From: Eubacteriales bacterium
GTDB lineage: Bacteria; Bacillota; Clostridia; Oscillospirales; CAG-382
Length of the DNA stretch: 64,000 bases
Assembly (NCBI GenBank): GCA_045533335.1
Contig: JAZSHQ010000057.1
Coordinates: 33,573 to 97,572, forward strand
Reading direction: 5' to 3'
This document shows, piece by piece, positions 9,093 to 18,944 of the stretch. The position numbers and the translations under genes are program-made. Under the pieces are notes generated by a model. That model had not been told where the DNA came from. It was given only the letters and a program-made list of their open reading frames with translations, and made no database searches. Each line of letters opens with the position of its first letter. Position 1 is the stretch's first letter.

Positions 9093-9236
9093 TTTTTTTC
9101 GGGGACAGGTGCCTCGAAAAAAACACCTATGATGACCGAAAGTGCGGACAAGTCGCAAAGCGACGCGCACGCACTTTGCGCGAGCGAACGGGCATCTTGA
9201 AGATCGGGGTCCCCGAAAATGCTTGCATTTTTGGGG
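9093..9236 (+). ncRNA. structured intergenic element, family 1, copy B
   Basis: Helices 9093-9104/9112-9123, 9139-9146/9170-9177, 9152-9156/9160-9164 and 9211-9219/9228-9236. Same linkers as copy A, with compensatory stem changes. Confidence 0.5.
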
Positions 9237-9250
9237 CGAATTTGGGAGAA

Positions 9251-10975
9251 TCAATCAAACGGATTTACCGCATCTACAACGGCGGACCAATATTTTTCGT
9301 ATGTCACAAAGCCGGGGGCAGAGCCAGAAGGCTTTTTTAAACAGCGCACGCGGGTATAATCGACCTCGACGTTTCTGCTGCCGCGCTTTTCGCTGTAATA
9401 TGCGGCAAGCATAGCCGCCTCGGTATAATCGCGGTCGGTCGGCTCTTCGTTTCCGTTCGGGGTTAAAATAACGTGCGAGCCGTGGAAGCCCTTTATATGA
9501 AACCAAAGCTCGTTTTTCTCCGCCCCGCCGGTAAGATAATCGTTTTGGCGGTTGTTGCGGCCAACGCGCACCAAAAGTCCGTCGGTCGTGGTAAATGATA
9601 ACGGTTTCGCCGCAGGCGTTTTCTTCTTTTTGCCGCTTTGCGATTTATCGGCGATATATCCGCCCTCGACAAGCTCTTGTTTAATTTCGGCAAGCTCCTG
9701 CGGGCTTGCGGCACGCTCGATAAAGCCGAGCACGCCCGTAAGATAATCGCATTCGGCTTCGGTCTTTTTAATCTGCTCGGAAAGAATTACCGACGCACGC
9801 TTCATTTTGGCATATTTTTTATAATACTTCTGCGCGTTTTTTGCGGGTGCGAGTGAAATATCGAGCGCTACCGTCATTTCCTCGCCTGTTTCGTAATTCA
9901 TACCCGTAACGCTTTTATCGCCTTGGCGAATACGGTAAATGTTCGCGGTTATAAGGTCGCCGCGCATACGCATATCCTCCATCGCGCCGCATTCCTCGAG
10001 CTCGTTTTTAAGCAAAACAAGCTTTTTCTGCGCACGCGAAAGGTGGCTGTTTACTATTTTAACTATCTCGCGCGAGTAGCGTCCGATATTCACCGCCTCT
10101 TCCTTTTTGCCGAAATAATCGGTTAAAAGAAGCGAAAAGCTTTCGTATTTTCGCAAATCCGCTGCATTTCCGTACTGCGTAAGCGGTATAAAGGAATATT
10201 CTATCCCGTTGCCCTCGCTGTCGTAAACGGCGTTCGGGGTAAAATCGCTGTTTTCAAAACGGGTTATCAGCTTGCGAAGCTCGGATAAAAGCGGCAAAGC
10301 GTTTTCTTCGTAAATTTCGGTATCGCTGTCGCCGTAGGCGCAAAAGGCAATTTCGCGCGCGACAACGGGCGAAAAGCCGAAAAAGCTTTTTAAAAGGAAA
10401 TCGCAGGCGCGCGCCCCGCTTTTTTCGCGGCAGAGCGAAAGAAAATCGCTGTCGGTTATGCCGAATAACGAAATTTTGTCCTGCTTCGGGGGCATTTCAT
10501 AAGGCAAGCCCGCCATAATTCGGCGCACACTTGCGGTAATATCCGAAACCGAACTTGCGTTGATGATTTTTTGGTTTTCGTCGGCAAGGATAATGTTTGA
10601 ATATTTGCCCATCATTTCGGCATAAATATATTTGCGCTTAACGTAGCCCATTTCGTCGGCGGAATCGAACGCAAAGCGTATAATACGCTCGTTTTCCACC
10701 CATTCCGCGGCAACAAAACGCCCGTTTTGCAGGTGCTTTCGGTAAAGCATACAGGTAGGCGTCGGCGTGTCGGGGCGGGCAACCGATTCCTCGGTTATCG
10801 CCAAAATCGGGCGGGAAGCAGACGCCGAAATAACAAAGTTTCCGCGCTTGCCCTCGAAATAAAGCTGAAGGTAAAAGCAGGTTTGCGAGCTTTGGTGTAT
10901 CTTTTCCACCCTCGCGCCTGCCCATTTATTCAATTCCTGCGCCACGGCGGCGCAAAAAAGTCCGTCAAATGCCAT
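9251..10975 (-). CDS. rqcH: ribosome quality control protein RqcH (NFACT / FbpA family)
   Basis: 574 aa. NFACT-N start MAFDGLF, coiled-coil middle region, and a C-terminal NFACT-R segment (WFHIKGFHGSHVIL). Confidence 0.85.
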   Translation of the reverse strand: MAFDGLFCAAVAQELNKWAGARVEKIHQSSQTCFYLQLYFEGKRGNFVISASASRPILAITEESVARPDTPTPTCMLYRKHLQNGRFVAAEWVENERIIRFAFDSADEMGYVKRKYIYAEMMGKYSNIILADENQKIINASSVSDITASVRRIMAGLPYEMPPKQDKISLFGITDSDFLSLCREKSGARACDFLLKSFFGFSPVVAREIAFCAYGDSDTEIYEENALPLLSELRKLITRFENSDFTPNAVYDSEGNGIEYSFIPLTQYGNAADLRKYESFSLLLTDYFGKKEEAVNIGRYSREIVKIVNSHLSRAQKKLVLLKNELEECGAMEDMRMRGDLITANIYRIRQGDKSVTGMNYETGEEMTVALDISLAPAKNAQKYYKKYAKMKRASVILSEQIKKTEAECDYLTGVLGFIERAASPQELAEIKQELVEGGYIADKSQSGKKKKTPAAKPLSFTTTDGLLVRVGRNNRQNDYLTGGAEKNELWFHIKGFHGSHVILTPNGNEEPTDRDYTEAAMLAAYYSEKRGSRNVEVDYTRVRCLKKPSGSAPGFVTYEKYWSAVVDAVNPFD

Positions 10976-11750
10976 ATTCTTCTTCTCTTATAAACGTATA
11001 TACGTCGGTTTTTGCGAATTCGCGCACCTTATCCGCAAGAATCGGAACTATAATCCTTTCGGTTGCGTAATGGGTGGCGCATATAAGGTTAAGCCCCATT
11101 TCCTTGCAGTCTATCATATGGTTATGCATAACCTCGCCGGTTACAAAGGTGTCGGCGCCCGCGGCGATAACTTGGCTTATCTCGTCCTTGCCGCAACCCG
11201 AAATTACCGCAACGCGCTTTACCTTGTCGGTAGATTTTACCCTTTGGAGCTCGCATATATCCAGCTTGTGCTTTTCTGCCACCAACGCCGAAAATTCTTC
11301 AAAGCTTTGCTCCTCTATCTCGCCTATTCTGCCGTAGGGAATAAAGCTTTCGGTGTTTTTAATGCCGAGAAGCCGAGCAAGCGTATCGTTCACACCGCCT
11401 TCGATAATATCCAAGCGCGTGTGGAAGGATATAACGGCGATGCCGCGCTTTATGCATTCGATAACGCGTTTTCCCACGCTGTCGTCGGAAACAACGCTCG
11501 CAAGCGGTTTAAAAACAAGCGGGTGGTGAGTGATAATAACGTTGCAGCCGTTTTTTACCGCCATATCTATCGCAACGCTTGTGCAATCGAGCGCGCAGAG
11601 TACGCGCGTAACCTCGGCATTTTTATCGGGAATAACGTCGCAACCGTCGTTGTCCCACGGCTCCGAAAGGGTCTTCGGTATAATTTCATCAAGCTGTTTT
11701 ACTAACTGTTCTACTGTCATAATTGCACCGTTTAAATTAAGGGGTATCAT
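10965..11750 (-). CDS. Nif3-like dinuclear metal centre protein
   Basis: NIF3 family motifs (ITHHPLVF, ATHYATE). The start at 11750 is preceded by GAGGGG. Confidence 0.85.
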   Translation of the reverse strand: MIPLNLNGAIMTVEQLVKQLDEIIPKTLSEPWDNDGCDVIPDKNAEVTRVLCALDCTSVAIDMAVKNGCNVIITHHPLVFKPLASVVSDDSVGKRVIECIKRGIAVISFHTRLDIIEGGVNDTLARLLGIKNTESFIPYGRIGEIEEQSFEEFSALVAEKHKLDICELQRVKSTDKVKRVAVISGCGKDEISQVIAAGADTFVTGEVMHNHMIDCKEMGLNLICATHYATERIIVPILADKVREFAKTDVYTFIREEEYGI

Positions 11751-11767
11751 CAGATACCCCTCGTTTT

Positions 11768-12712
11768 TTATTTATTCAACAGTTTTTTTACCTTTTCGAC
11801 AATGCCGCTTGCATTGAGCTTATAATGCTCGAGCAACACGCCCGCAGGTGCGCTTGTGCCGAAAACGTCGTCGATACCGTGCTTTATTACCTTCGCGCAG
11901 GCGGTTTCGGCAAGCGCCGAAATTACCGCGTCGCCAAGACCGCCGATAACCGAATGCTCTTCGCTTGTTACAACGTTGCCCGTCTTTTTAGCGTATTCGG
12001 TAATAAGCTCTACGTCTAAAGGCTTAACGGTATGTATATCGAGCACAGCGGCGTCGATACCGTCGGAGGCAAGAATTTCGCGCGCTTCCATAGCGGCGGC
12101 AACCATAATACCGGTTGCAACTATGGTAACGTCCTTGCCGTCGGCAAGCACGATACCCTTGCCGAGCTTGAATTCCTGCTCGCCCTTGGTATAGAACTGG
12201 GGAACTGCATATCTGCCTAAACGCATATATACGGGACCGTTATAGTTAACAATTTCTTCGAGCAGAGCTTCGGTGGAAGCCGAGTCTGCGGGGCAAACGA
12301 CCGTCATATTCGGGAGTGCGCGCATTATTGCCATATCCTCGCAGAATTGGTGGGTCGCGCCGTCTTCGCCAACGGTAATGCCCGCGTGCGAAGCGCAGAT
12401 CTTAACGGGGAGCTGGGGATATGCAACCGAGTTGCGTATCTGTTCGAACGCTCTGCCGCAGGCAAACATCGCAAACGACGATGCAAACGCGGGAACACCC
12501 GTTGCGGCGATACCTGCCGCAACAGATATCATATTACCCTCTGCGATACCGCAGTTGAAAAAGCGTTCGGGATATTTTTTTGCGAAAACAGCGGTCTGTG
12601 TGGAGCCGGAAAGGTCGGCGTCGAGCACATAAAAATCGTATTTTTCACCGAGTTCGGTAAGCTTTCTGCCGTATGCGACTCTTGTTGCTTCTTTTTCAGC
12701 CATTTTTAACAT
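11768..12712 (-). CDS. transketolase, C-terminal (pyrimidine-binding) subunit
   Basis: Typical split transketolase B subunit of 314 aa. Confidence 0.9.
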   Translation of the reverse strand: MLKMAEKEATRVAYGRKLTELGEKYDFYVLDADLSGSTQTAVFAKKYPERFFNCGIAEGNMISVAAGIAATGVPAFASSFAMFACGRAFEQIRNSVAYPQLPVKICASHAGITVGEDGATHQFCEDMAIMRALPNMTVVCPADSASTEALLEEIVNYNGPVYMRLGRYAVPQFYTKGEQEFKLGKGIVLADGKDVTIVATGIMVAAAMEAREILASDGIDAAVLDIHTVKPLDVELITEYAKKTGNVVTSEEHSVIGGLGDAVISALAETACAKVIKHGIDDVFGTSAPAGVLLEHYKLNASGIVEKVKKLLNK

Positions 12713-13550
12713 CCTCCGCTGCCTTTACCCAAGCGTCGTAAAGCTCTTTTTCGGCGATAGCATATTCATCGTCCTTGGGAGCCTTGCCGTGCCAAGTATA
12801 GTTATTTTCCATATAAGATACGCCCTTGCCCTTAACGGTTTTGCAAATGATTGCCGCGGGCTTGCCGCAGTTAAGCGCTTCATTTACTGCGTTGTCGATC
12901 GCTTCGAAATCGTGACCGTCGATAACGGTTACAAACCAACCGAATGCTTTGAATTTTTCATCAACGGGGTGGGGGTTCATAACCTCTTCGACAGCGCCGT
13001 CGATCTGATAGCCGTTGCAGTCCACAAAGGCGATAATATTATCGAGCTTATACTGGTTTGCGAACATTGCCGCTTCCCAAACCTGACCTTCCTCGATTTC
13101 GCCGTCGCCCAAAGCGGTATAGACCTTCCAATCGCAGCCCTTGCGCTTTGCCACAGCCGCCATACCGCAAGCGGTAGAAAAGCCCTGACCGAGCGAGCCG
13201 GTGGACATATCGATACCGGGGATGCCCTTCATATCGGGGTGGCCCTGAAGCATCGCGCCCAATTTGCGGAGCTTTTTAAGCTCGCTTACGTCGAAATAGC
13301 CTCTTTCTGCAAGCGCAGAATAGAGCGCGGGGCAGCAGTGCCCCTTCGAGAGGACAAATCTGTCGCGCGATTCCGTTTCGGGATTCTTGGGGTCGATGTT
13401 CATTTTGTGGAAATAGAGGTAGGTGATTACGTCCGCAATCGACAGCGATCCGCCCGGATGGCCGCTTTTTGCGCCGTAAACCGCTTCGACAGAATGCATT
13501 CTGACCTTAGCGGCTCTTTCTTTCAGCATTAATACGGTGTTTTTTTCCAT
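12696..13550 (-). CDS. transketolase, N-terminal (TPP-binding) subunit
   Basis: GHPGGSLS and GDGE..EG motifs. Overlaps the downstream subunit gene. Confidence 0.9.
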   Translation of the reverse strand: MEKNTVLMLKERAAKVRMHSVEAVYGAKSGHPGGSLSIADVITYLYFHKMNIDPKNPETESRDRFVLSKGHCCPALYSALAERGYFDVSELKKLRKLGAMLQGHPDMKGIPGIDMSTGSLGQGFSTACGMAAVAKRKGCDWKVYTALGDGEIEEGQVWEAAMFANQYKLDNIIAFVDCNGYQIDGAVEEVMNPHPVDEKFKAFGWFVTVIDGHDFEAIDNAVNEALNCGKPAAIICKTVKGKGVSYMENNYTWHGKAPKDDEYAIAEKELYDAWVKAAEDVKNG

Positions 13551-13570
13551 TTTCGCGTTTCCTTTCTTGA

Positions 13571-14482
13571 CTAAAGCCCGGCACGCCGCAACGCATCGCT
13601 GAAATACGTCGGCCTTGCCGCTTCAAACGTCATAGTCTCGCCCGTTATCGGGTGGACAAAAGATATGTATTTTGCGAACAGACATTGACCTTCCATGCCA
13701 AGCCTGTACCGTACGTTTCCATATACCGTGTCGCCCGCGACAGGGTGCCCGATATATGCCATATGCACCCTTATTTGGTGGGTGCGTCCCGTTTCGAGGG
13801 TTAGCTCCAAATGGGTATATTCTCTGCTTTCGGCAACCACACGCCAATGCGTGGTCGCTTCCTTTGAATTAAGCTCGGTGACCGCCATTTTCTTTCTGTC
13901 GGTCTTGTGCCTGCCGATAGGGGCGCAGACCGTACCCTCGCTTTCGCGCAGATGACCGCTCACGATCGCTTCGTATTTGCGTTCGAAGGAGTGGGTCGCT
14001 ATCTGCTCGGCAAGGCCTTGGTGCGCTTCGTCGGTTTTCGCGACGATAAGCAGACCCGATGTATCTTTATCGATACGGTGAACGATACCCGGGCGGATAA
14101 CGCCGTTTATCGACGATAAACGACCCTTACAATGGTAAAGCAGAGCGTTTACAAGAGTTTGGTCGGGGTTGCCCGCGGCAGGGTGCACCACCATACCGCG
14201 CGGCTTATCGACGACCAAAAGGTAATCGTCCTCGTAAATTATATCGATCGGAATGTTTTGCGGAACAGCTTCAAGCTCGCGTTCGGGCGGAAGCTCTATT
14301 TCAATGCTGTCACCCGCCGAAAGAAGAAGCTTTTTTTCGCATTTTTTGCCGTTTACCGTAATAAGACCTTCGGAAATAAGCTCCTGCACGCGCGAACGGC
14401 TTATATCGAAAACCTTTGCGGCAAACGCATCGAGCCGTAATTTTTCGTTCGCGTCGAGCTCGGTAACGATGTAATTATCCAT
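13571..14482 (-). CDS. rluD: RluA-family 23S rRNA pseudouridine synthase (RluD-like)
   Basis: S4 domain plus the HRIDKDTSGLL catalytic motif. I placed the start at MDNYIV (14482), because the longer ORF runs into lspA. Confidence 0.88.
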   Translation of the reverse strand: MDNYIVTELDANEKLRLDAFAAKVFDISRSRVQELISEGLITVNGKKCEKKLLLSAGDSIEIELPPERELEAVPQNIPIDIIYEDDYLLVVDKPRGMVVHPAAGNPDQTLVNALLYHCKGRLSSINGVIRPGIVHRIDKDTSGLLIVAKTDEAHQGLAEQIATHSFERKYEAIVSGHLRESEGTVCAPIGRHKTDRKKMAVTELNSKEATTHWRVVAESREYTHLELTLETGRTHQIRVHMAYIGHPVAGDTVYGNVRYRLGMEGQCLFAKYISFVHPITGETMTFEAARPTYFSDALRRAGL

Positions 14483-15023
14483 TTTCGCCGTTTCCTTCGG
14501 TTGTGTTTGCGCCCGCTTCGGCTTTTGCCGCTTCCGCGGCTTCTTCCTTTGCCTTCTTTTCTGCCTGAAGCTTTTTTTCGACCTTCGGCTCAAGGAATAT
14601 AACGTAGACACCCAAAAGGATCGCGCCTACTGTTATAAAGCAATCGGCAATATTAAACACGGCAAAATCGACAAAATCGGTGTGGAAGAAATCGACAACG
14701 TAGCCGAGCAGAAGTCTGTCGATCATATTGCCGATACCACCGCCGAGTATCATACCGAGAGCGACGTTCATAAGCGGATGTCGGCGGTATTCCTTGATAA
14801 GCAGATAGATTATCAAGCCCATCGAGATTACCGAGAACACCATAAATACCCAACGCTTATCGGCGAGCATCGAAAATGCCGCGCCGGTATTGCGTGTGTG
14901 GTAAAAGCTCATAAATCCGTTAATAAACGGCTTTGTTTCATAAAGTTCGATATTTTGAACGACGAGATATTTGCTGACTTGGTCCAGAATTACCGCAACG
15001 ACTGCGATAATTGCTGCTAACAT
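14475..15023 (-). CDS. lspA: lipoprotein signal peptidase II
   Basis: LspA motifs (NTGAAFS, GGGIGNMIDR, FNIAD). Confidence 0.92.
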   Translation of the reverse strand: MLAAIIAVVAVILDQVSKYLVVQNIELYETKPFINGFMSFYHTRNTGAAFSMLADKRWVFMVFSVISMGLIIYLLIKEYRRHPLMNVALGMILGGGIGNMIDRLLLGYVVDFFHTDFVDFAVFNIADCFITVGAILLGVYVIFLEPKVEKKLQAEKKAKEEAAEAAKAEAGANTTEGNGENG

Positions 15024-17821
15024 ACAGCCTTACGGCAGCGAGCACAAAGATGCTGACCGTCCTCATCGGTGGTGCAGTCGTCCTTTTGCATCCAGCAGCG
15101 GACGCACTTTTCGCCTTCGGCAACCGAAACCTTAACCGCGATACCCGTTTCTTCGTCGGTGTATGCGTCTGCGGGTATTTCGCCGTCGCAAAGGGTGGTT
15201 TTGCTAACGATGAAAATATCGGGAAGAATATCTTCGAATTCGCGGAAGAGCTTCATCGCTTCGCTGTCTGCACCTGCGTAAATGGTGACAGCCGCTTCGA
15301 GCGATTTGCCGATAGCCTTTTCGGCTCTTGCCAATTCAAGCGCCTTCATAACGCCGTCGCGCAGGGTGAAGAGCGATTCGTACTTTTCTTCAATATCCGA
15401 AAAATCGTATTTTTCTTCGAATGCGGGCATATCGTTGCAGAATACGCTGTACGCATCCTCGCCTTCCAAGTGAGTGATATACGTCCAAACCTCTTCTGCG
15501 GTGTAGGAAAGAATGGGCGCGAGCAGCTTGGTGAGCGCGTTTACGATTATATACATCGCGGTCTGGGTGCTGCGGCGCGCGGGGTCGTTCTTCGCTTCGC
15601 AGTAGAGTCTGTCCTTCGTGATGTCGATGTAAAGCTTCGACATATCGATAGAGCAGAAGTTGTGAATATCGTGATAGATGATATGGAACTGATAGTTGTC
15701 GTAAGCTTCGCGCACGCGCTTAACGAGCTTGTTAAGACGCGAGATAGCCCATTTGTCGATATCTGCGAGCTTTTCGGGAGCGACCATATCTCTGTTCGGG
15801 TCGAAATCGGAGTCGGGCGAGCCGAGGTTTGCAAGAAGAATACGCAAGGTGTTTCTGAGCTTGCGGTAGGATTCGGAGAGTTGCTTGAATATTTCCTTTG
15901 AGCAGCGCACGTCTGCGTGGTAGTCCGAGGACGACGCCCAAAGACGAACGATATCCGCGCCGAAATCCTTAATAAGATCTGCGGGGTCTACGCCGTTTCC
16001 GAGGCTCTTGTGCATCGCACGGCCCTGACCGTCAACGACCCAGCCGTGAGTTAACACCTGCTTGAAGGGCGCGCCCTTGTCAAGCGCACCGACAGAGGTA
16101 AGAAGGCTCGACTGGAACCATCCGCGGTACTGGTCCGCACCTTCAAGATATACGTCCGCGGGCCAAAGCTCGGGAGCATCCTTCATAAGCGATGCGTAAT
16201 GGGTAGAGCCCGAATCGAACCAGCAGTCGAGAGTGTCGGTTTCCTTTTCGAAACTCTTTCCGCTGCAATGCGGGCAGGTGAAACCCTCGGGAATAAGCTC
16301 GTCTGCACTACGTTCAAACCATACGTTTGAGCCGTGCTCGTCGAAGAGTGCGGATATTTTGGAAATGGAATCGGGGGTAGAAACCGGTTTTCCGCATTCC
16401 TGACAGTAGAAAACAGGAATGGGAAGACCCCAACGGCGCTGACGGGAGATACACCAATCGGCTCTCTCTCTGATCATGCTGACCATTCTGTCCTCGCCCC
16501 ACGCGGGATACCATTTAACGTTTTCGATAGCCTTTATCGCCTGATCCTTAAAGGATTCGACAGAGCAGAACCACTGGGGAGTTGCGCGGAAGATAACCGG
16601 CTTCTTGCAACGGTCGTGGTGGGGGTAGGAGTGCATAATATTTTCGGATGCAAAGAGTGCGCCCGATTCTTTCATATCCTCAAGGATAATGGGATTCGAT
16701 TCTTCGGTCTTGAGTCCCGCATATTTGCCTGCATAATCGGTGTGTCTGCCGTGGTCGTCAACCGGAACGACAAGGTCCATACCGTATCTCATACAGGTCT
16801 GATAGTCGTCCGCACCGAAGCCGGGAGCGGTGTGGACGCATCCCGTGCCGCTATCCATAGTTACGTACTCTGCATAAACAAGGCGCGAGGTCTTGTCGAG
16901 GAAGGGGTGCATTGCTTGCATATTTTCGAAGAATTCTCCGGGGAAGGTGGCGAGAATTTCGTAATTTTCAAAGCCGCCCATCTTCATTGTTTTTTCGGTG
17001 AGCGCTTCTGCCATAATATAGGTTTCGCCGTTTTCTGCCTTTACGAGCGCGTAGCTTTCACGCGGGTGGAGACAGATAGCCATATTGCCGGGGAGAGTCC
17101 ATATAGTGGTGGTCCAGATAACGAAATAGGTGTTTTCAAGGTCGAAGCCTGCCAGCTTGCCCTGATCGTCGTTCATCTTGAACTTGACGTACACCGAGGT
17201 GCAGGGATCGTCGTGATATTCGATATCCGCTTCTGCTACTGCGGTAGCACAGAAGGGGCACCAGGTTACGGGTTTAAGACCTTTGTAAATGTAACCCTTA
17301 TCGAACATTGCTCCGAAGATCTTGACTTCCTGAGCCTCGAAGTGCTTATCCATAGTGCGATAGGGTGCATCCCAATCGCCGAGGACGCCGAGACGCTTAA
17401 AGCCGGACATCTGCTTTTGGATAAAATCTTCTGCAAAATCTTCGCACGCTTTTCTGAATTCGGGAACAGACATATCCCTGTTAAGATCCTTCTTGGTCTT
17501 TTCGATGGCTCTTTCGATAGGAAGTCCGTGGTTGTCCCAGCCGGGAACGTAGGGGGTATAATATCCGCCCATTGCCTTGGATTTTATAATAAAGTCTTTA
17601 AGTATCTTGTTAAGCGCGTGGCCCATGTGAATGTAGCCGTTACTGAAGGGAGGGCCGTCGTGAAGCACGAACGAGGGTTTGCCTTCGTTCTTCTTAAGCA
17701 TTGTTTGGTAAAGCTTTTCTTCATTCCAGCGGTTAAGTGTTTCGGGTTCCTTTGTAGGGAGGTTGCCTCTCATCGGAAATTCGGTAGAGGGCAGATTGAG
17801 TGTATCCTTGTAATCCTTCAT
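15017..17821 (-). CDS. ileS: isoleucine--tRNA ligase
   Basis: 934 aa with a HIGH-type motif (PPFSNGYIHMGHA), KMSKS (AMHKSLGN) and a C-terminal zinc cluster. Confidence 0.97.
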   Translation of the reverse strand: MKDYKDTLNLPSTEFPMRGNLPTKEPETLNRWNEEKLYQTMLKKNEGKPSFVLHDGPPFSNGYIHMGHALNKILKDFIIKSKAMGGYYTPYVPGWDNHGLPIERAIEKTKKDLNRDMSVPEFRKACEDFAEDFIQKQMSGFKRLGVLGDWDAPYRTMDKHFEAQEVKIFGAMFDKGYIYKGLKPVTWCPFCATAVAEADIEYHDDPCTSVYVKFKMNDDQGKLAGFDLENTYFVIWTTTIWTLPGNMAICLHPRESYALVKAENGETYIMAEALTEKTMKMGGFENYEILATFPGEFFENMQAMHPFLDKTSRLVYAEYVTMDSGTGCVHTAPGFGADDYQTCMRYGMDLVVPVDDHGRHTDYAGKYAGLKTEESNPIILEDMKESGALFASENIMHSYPHHDRCKKPVIFRATPQWFCSVESFKDQAIKAIENVKWYPAWGEDRMVSMIRERADWCISRQRRWGLPIPVFYCQECGKPVSTPDSISKISALFDEHGSNVWFERSADELIPEGFTCPHCSGKSFEKETDTLDCWFDSGSTHYASLMKDAPELWPADVYLEGADQYRGWFQSSLLTSVGALDKGAPFKQVLTHGWVVDGQGRAMHKSLGNGVDPADLIKDFGADIVRLWASSSDYHADVRCSKEIFKQLSESYRKLRNTLRILLANLGSPDSDFDPNRDMVAPEKLADIDKWAISRLNKLVKRVREAYDNYQFHIIYHDIHNFCSIDMSKLYIDITKDRLYCEAKNDPARRSTQTAMYIIVNALTKLLAPILSYTAEEVWTYITHLEGEDAYSVFCNDMPAFEEKYDFSDIEEKYESLFTLRDGVMKALELARAEKAIGKSLEAAVTIYAGADSEAMKLFREFEDILPDIFIVSKTTLCDGEIPADAYTDEETGIAVKVSVAEGEKCVRCWMQKDDCTTDEDGQHLCARCRKAVC

Positions 17822-17844
17822 TGTTTCTGTAAAAGCGAAGCCGA

Positions 17845-18579
17845 TTATTCCTCGGTGTTATCTTCTTCTTCGTCTTCTCCCATCATAAATTTAAGATATT
17901 CGTCCTCTGCTTCCTTCGCTTCGGGCGAAAGCTCGGGCTGATCTTCGGCTACAACGCTTGCGATCTCCTGCGCGGGGGTTTCCTCTTCGGCAACCTCGGC
18001 AAAGGGCGGCTCTTCGTTTTTAAGCTCGCGCGCGTTCTTGCGGCGTTCGGTTTCTTCCTCGATCCTGCCCTTAACGTCGTTGAATATTCCTGCGATAAGC
18101 GCGTCGTCGTTGGGAAGCACGATATCTTCGATCTCGTTGACCGAAAGATCCTTAAGCTCGGCGATATGCTTTCCGTAAAGCTCGTAAACCGATTTTTTGA
18201 AATCGATAATGGCGGTGCGCATTATCCAAGCCTTTTCCTTTTCTGCCTGAAGCTGCTGACGGAATTCGGCAATAACACCGTCGCAACGGTCCTTTATCGC
18301 GCCGGTAATAATATCGGCACGGTCGTTCGCGTCGGCAATGATCTTTTCCGCCATCTTCTGAGCGGAGATAAGGGTGCTTCTTATAGATTCCTCTTCGTCC
18401 TTAATTTCGTCGAGGTTGGTAACAACGATCCTTAATTTGCGTTCAAGCTCGTTGTTTTCGCGGTAAAGCTCGGTGTATTTTTCGAGCACGAATTCGAGAT
18501 ATTCGTCTACCTCTTGGGGGTTGTATCCTTTAAAGGTCTTTTGAAACTGTTTGTTTTTAAGTTCGTGCGGTGCCAGCAT
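17845..18579 (-). CDS. divIVA: DivIVA domain protein
   Basis: N-terminus LAPHELKNKQFQKTFKGYNPQEVDEYL, followed by coiled coil. Confidence 0.9.
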   Translation of the reverse strand: MLAPHELKNKQFQKTFKGYNPQEVDEYLEFVLEKYTELYRENNELERKLRIVVTNLDEIKDEEESIRSTLISAQKMAEKIIADANDRADIITGAIKDRCDGVIAEFRQQLQAEKEKAWIMRTAIIDFKKSVYELYGKHIAELKDLSVNEIEDIVLPNDDALIAGIFNDVKGRIEEETERRKNARELKNEEPPFAEVAEEETPAQEIASVVAEDQPELSPEAKEAEDEYLKFMMGEDEEEDNTEE

Positions 18580-18656
18580 TGTGCATCGCTCCTTTCGGGG
18601 GTGATATATTGTTCAGCCATACAACGTCCAAAAGCACTACGGTCTTTAATGCAAAA

Positions 18657-18929
18657 TTAAAGCGGTAGTGCAGATTGAACCAAGGATATTATAAGGCAGG
18701 TTGCCATAAACGAAAAATCGATGGGCGATTCTTCAAAAAACGGGATGCGCGCAAGCAGATTGCGCACGGGCGAGACCACGGGCTCGGTAATGGCGTAGCA
18801 GAAAAAGTAGGCTCTCGATTCCTCCTCGTCGGAAAAAAAGCCGATAAGCACTCTTGCGAGAAGAAGGAGTATAAATATGCTTAGAAACAGGTTAACCGCC
18901 CGTGATACTATGAAAAATAGTTCTTCCAA
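18657..18929 (-). CDS. YggT family membrane protein
   Basis: 90 aa with two TM helices, in the position between sepF and divIVA. Confidence 0.8.
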   Translation of the reverse strand: MEELFFIVSRAVNLFLSIFILLLLARVLIGFFSDEEESRAYFFCYAITEPVVSPVRNLLARIPFFEESPIDFSFMATCLIISLVQSALPL

Positions 18930-18944
18930 AAAAATCAGTCTCCG

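Noticed and set aside
14483-14611. Lys/Arg-rich 43-aa N-terminal extension of the rluD ORF (MSTLYSLSRRSKKSFRQKRRQRKK...).
   Set aside because: It overlaps the 3' end of lspA in another frame. The internal Met at 14482 gives the canonical S4-domain start and the usual short overlap with lspA.
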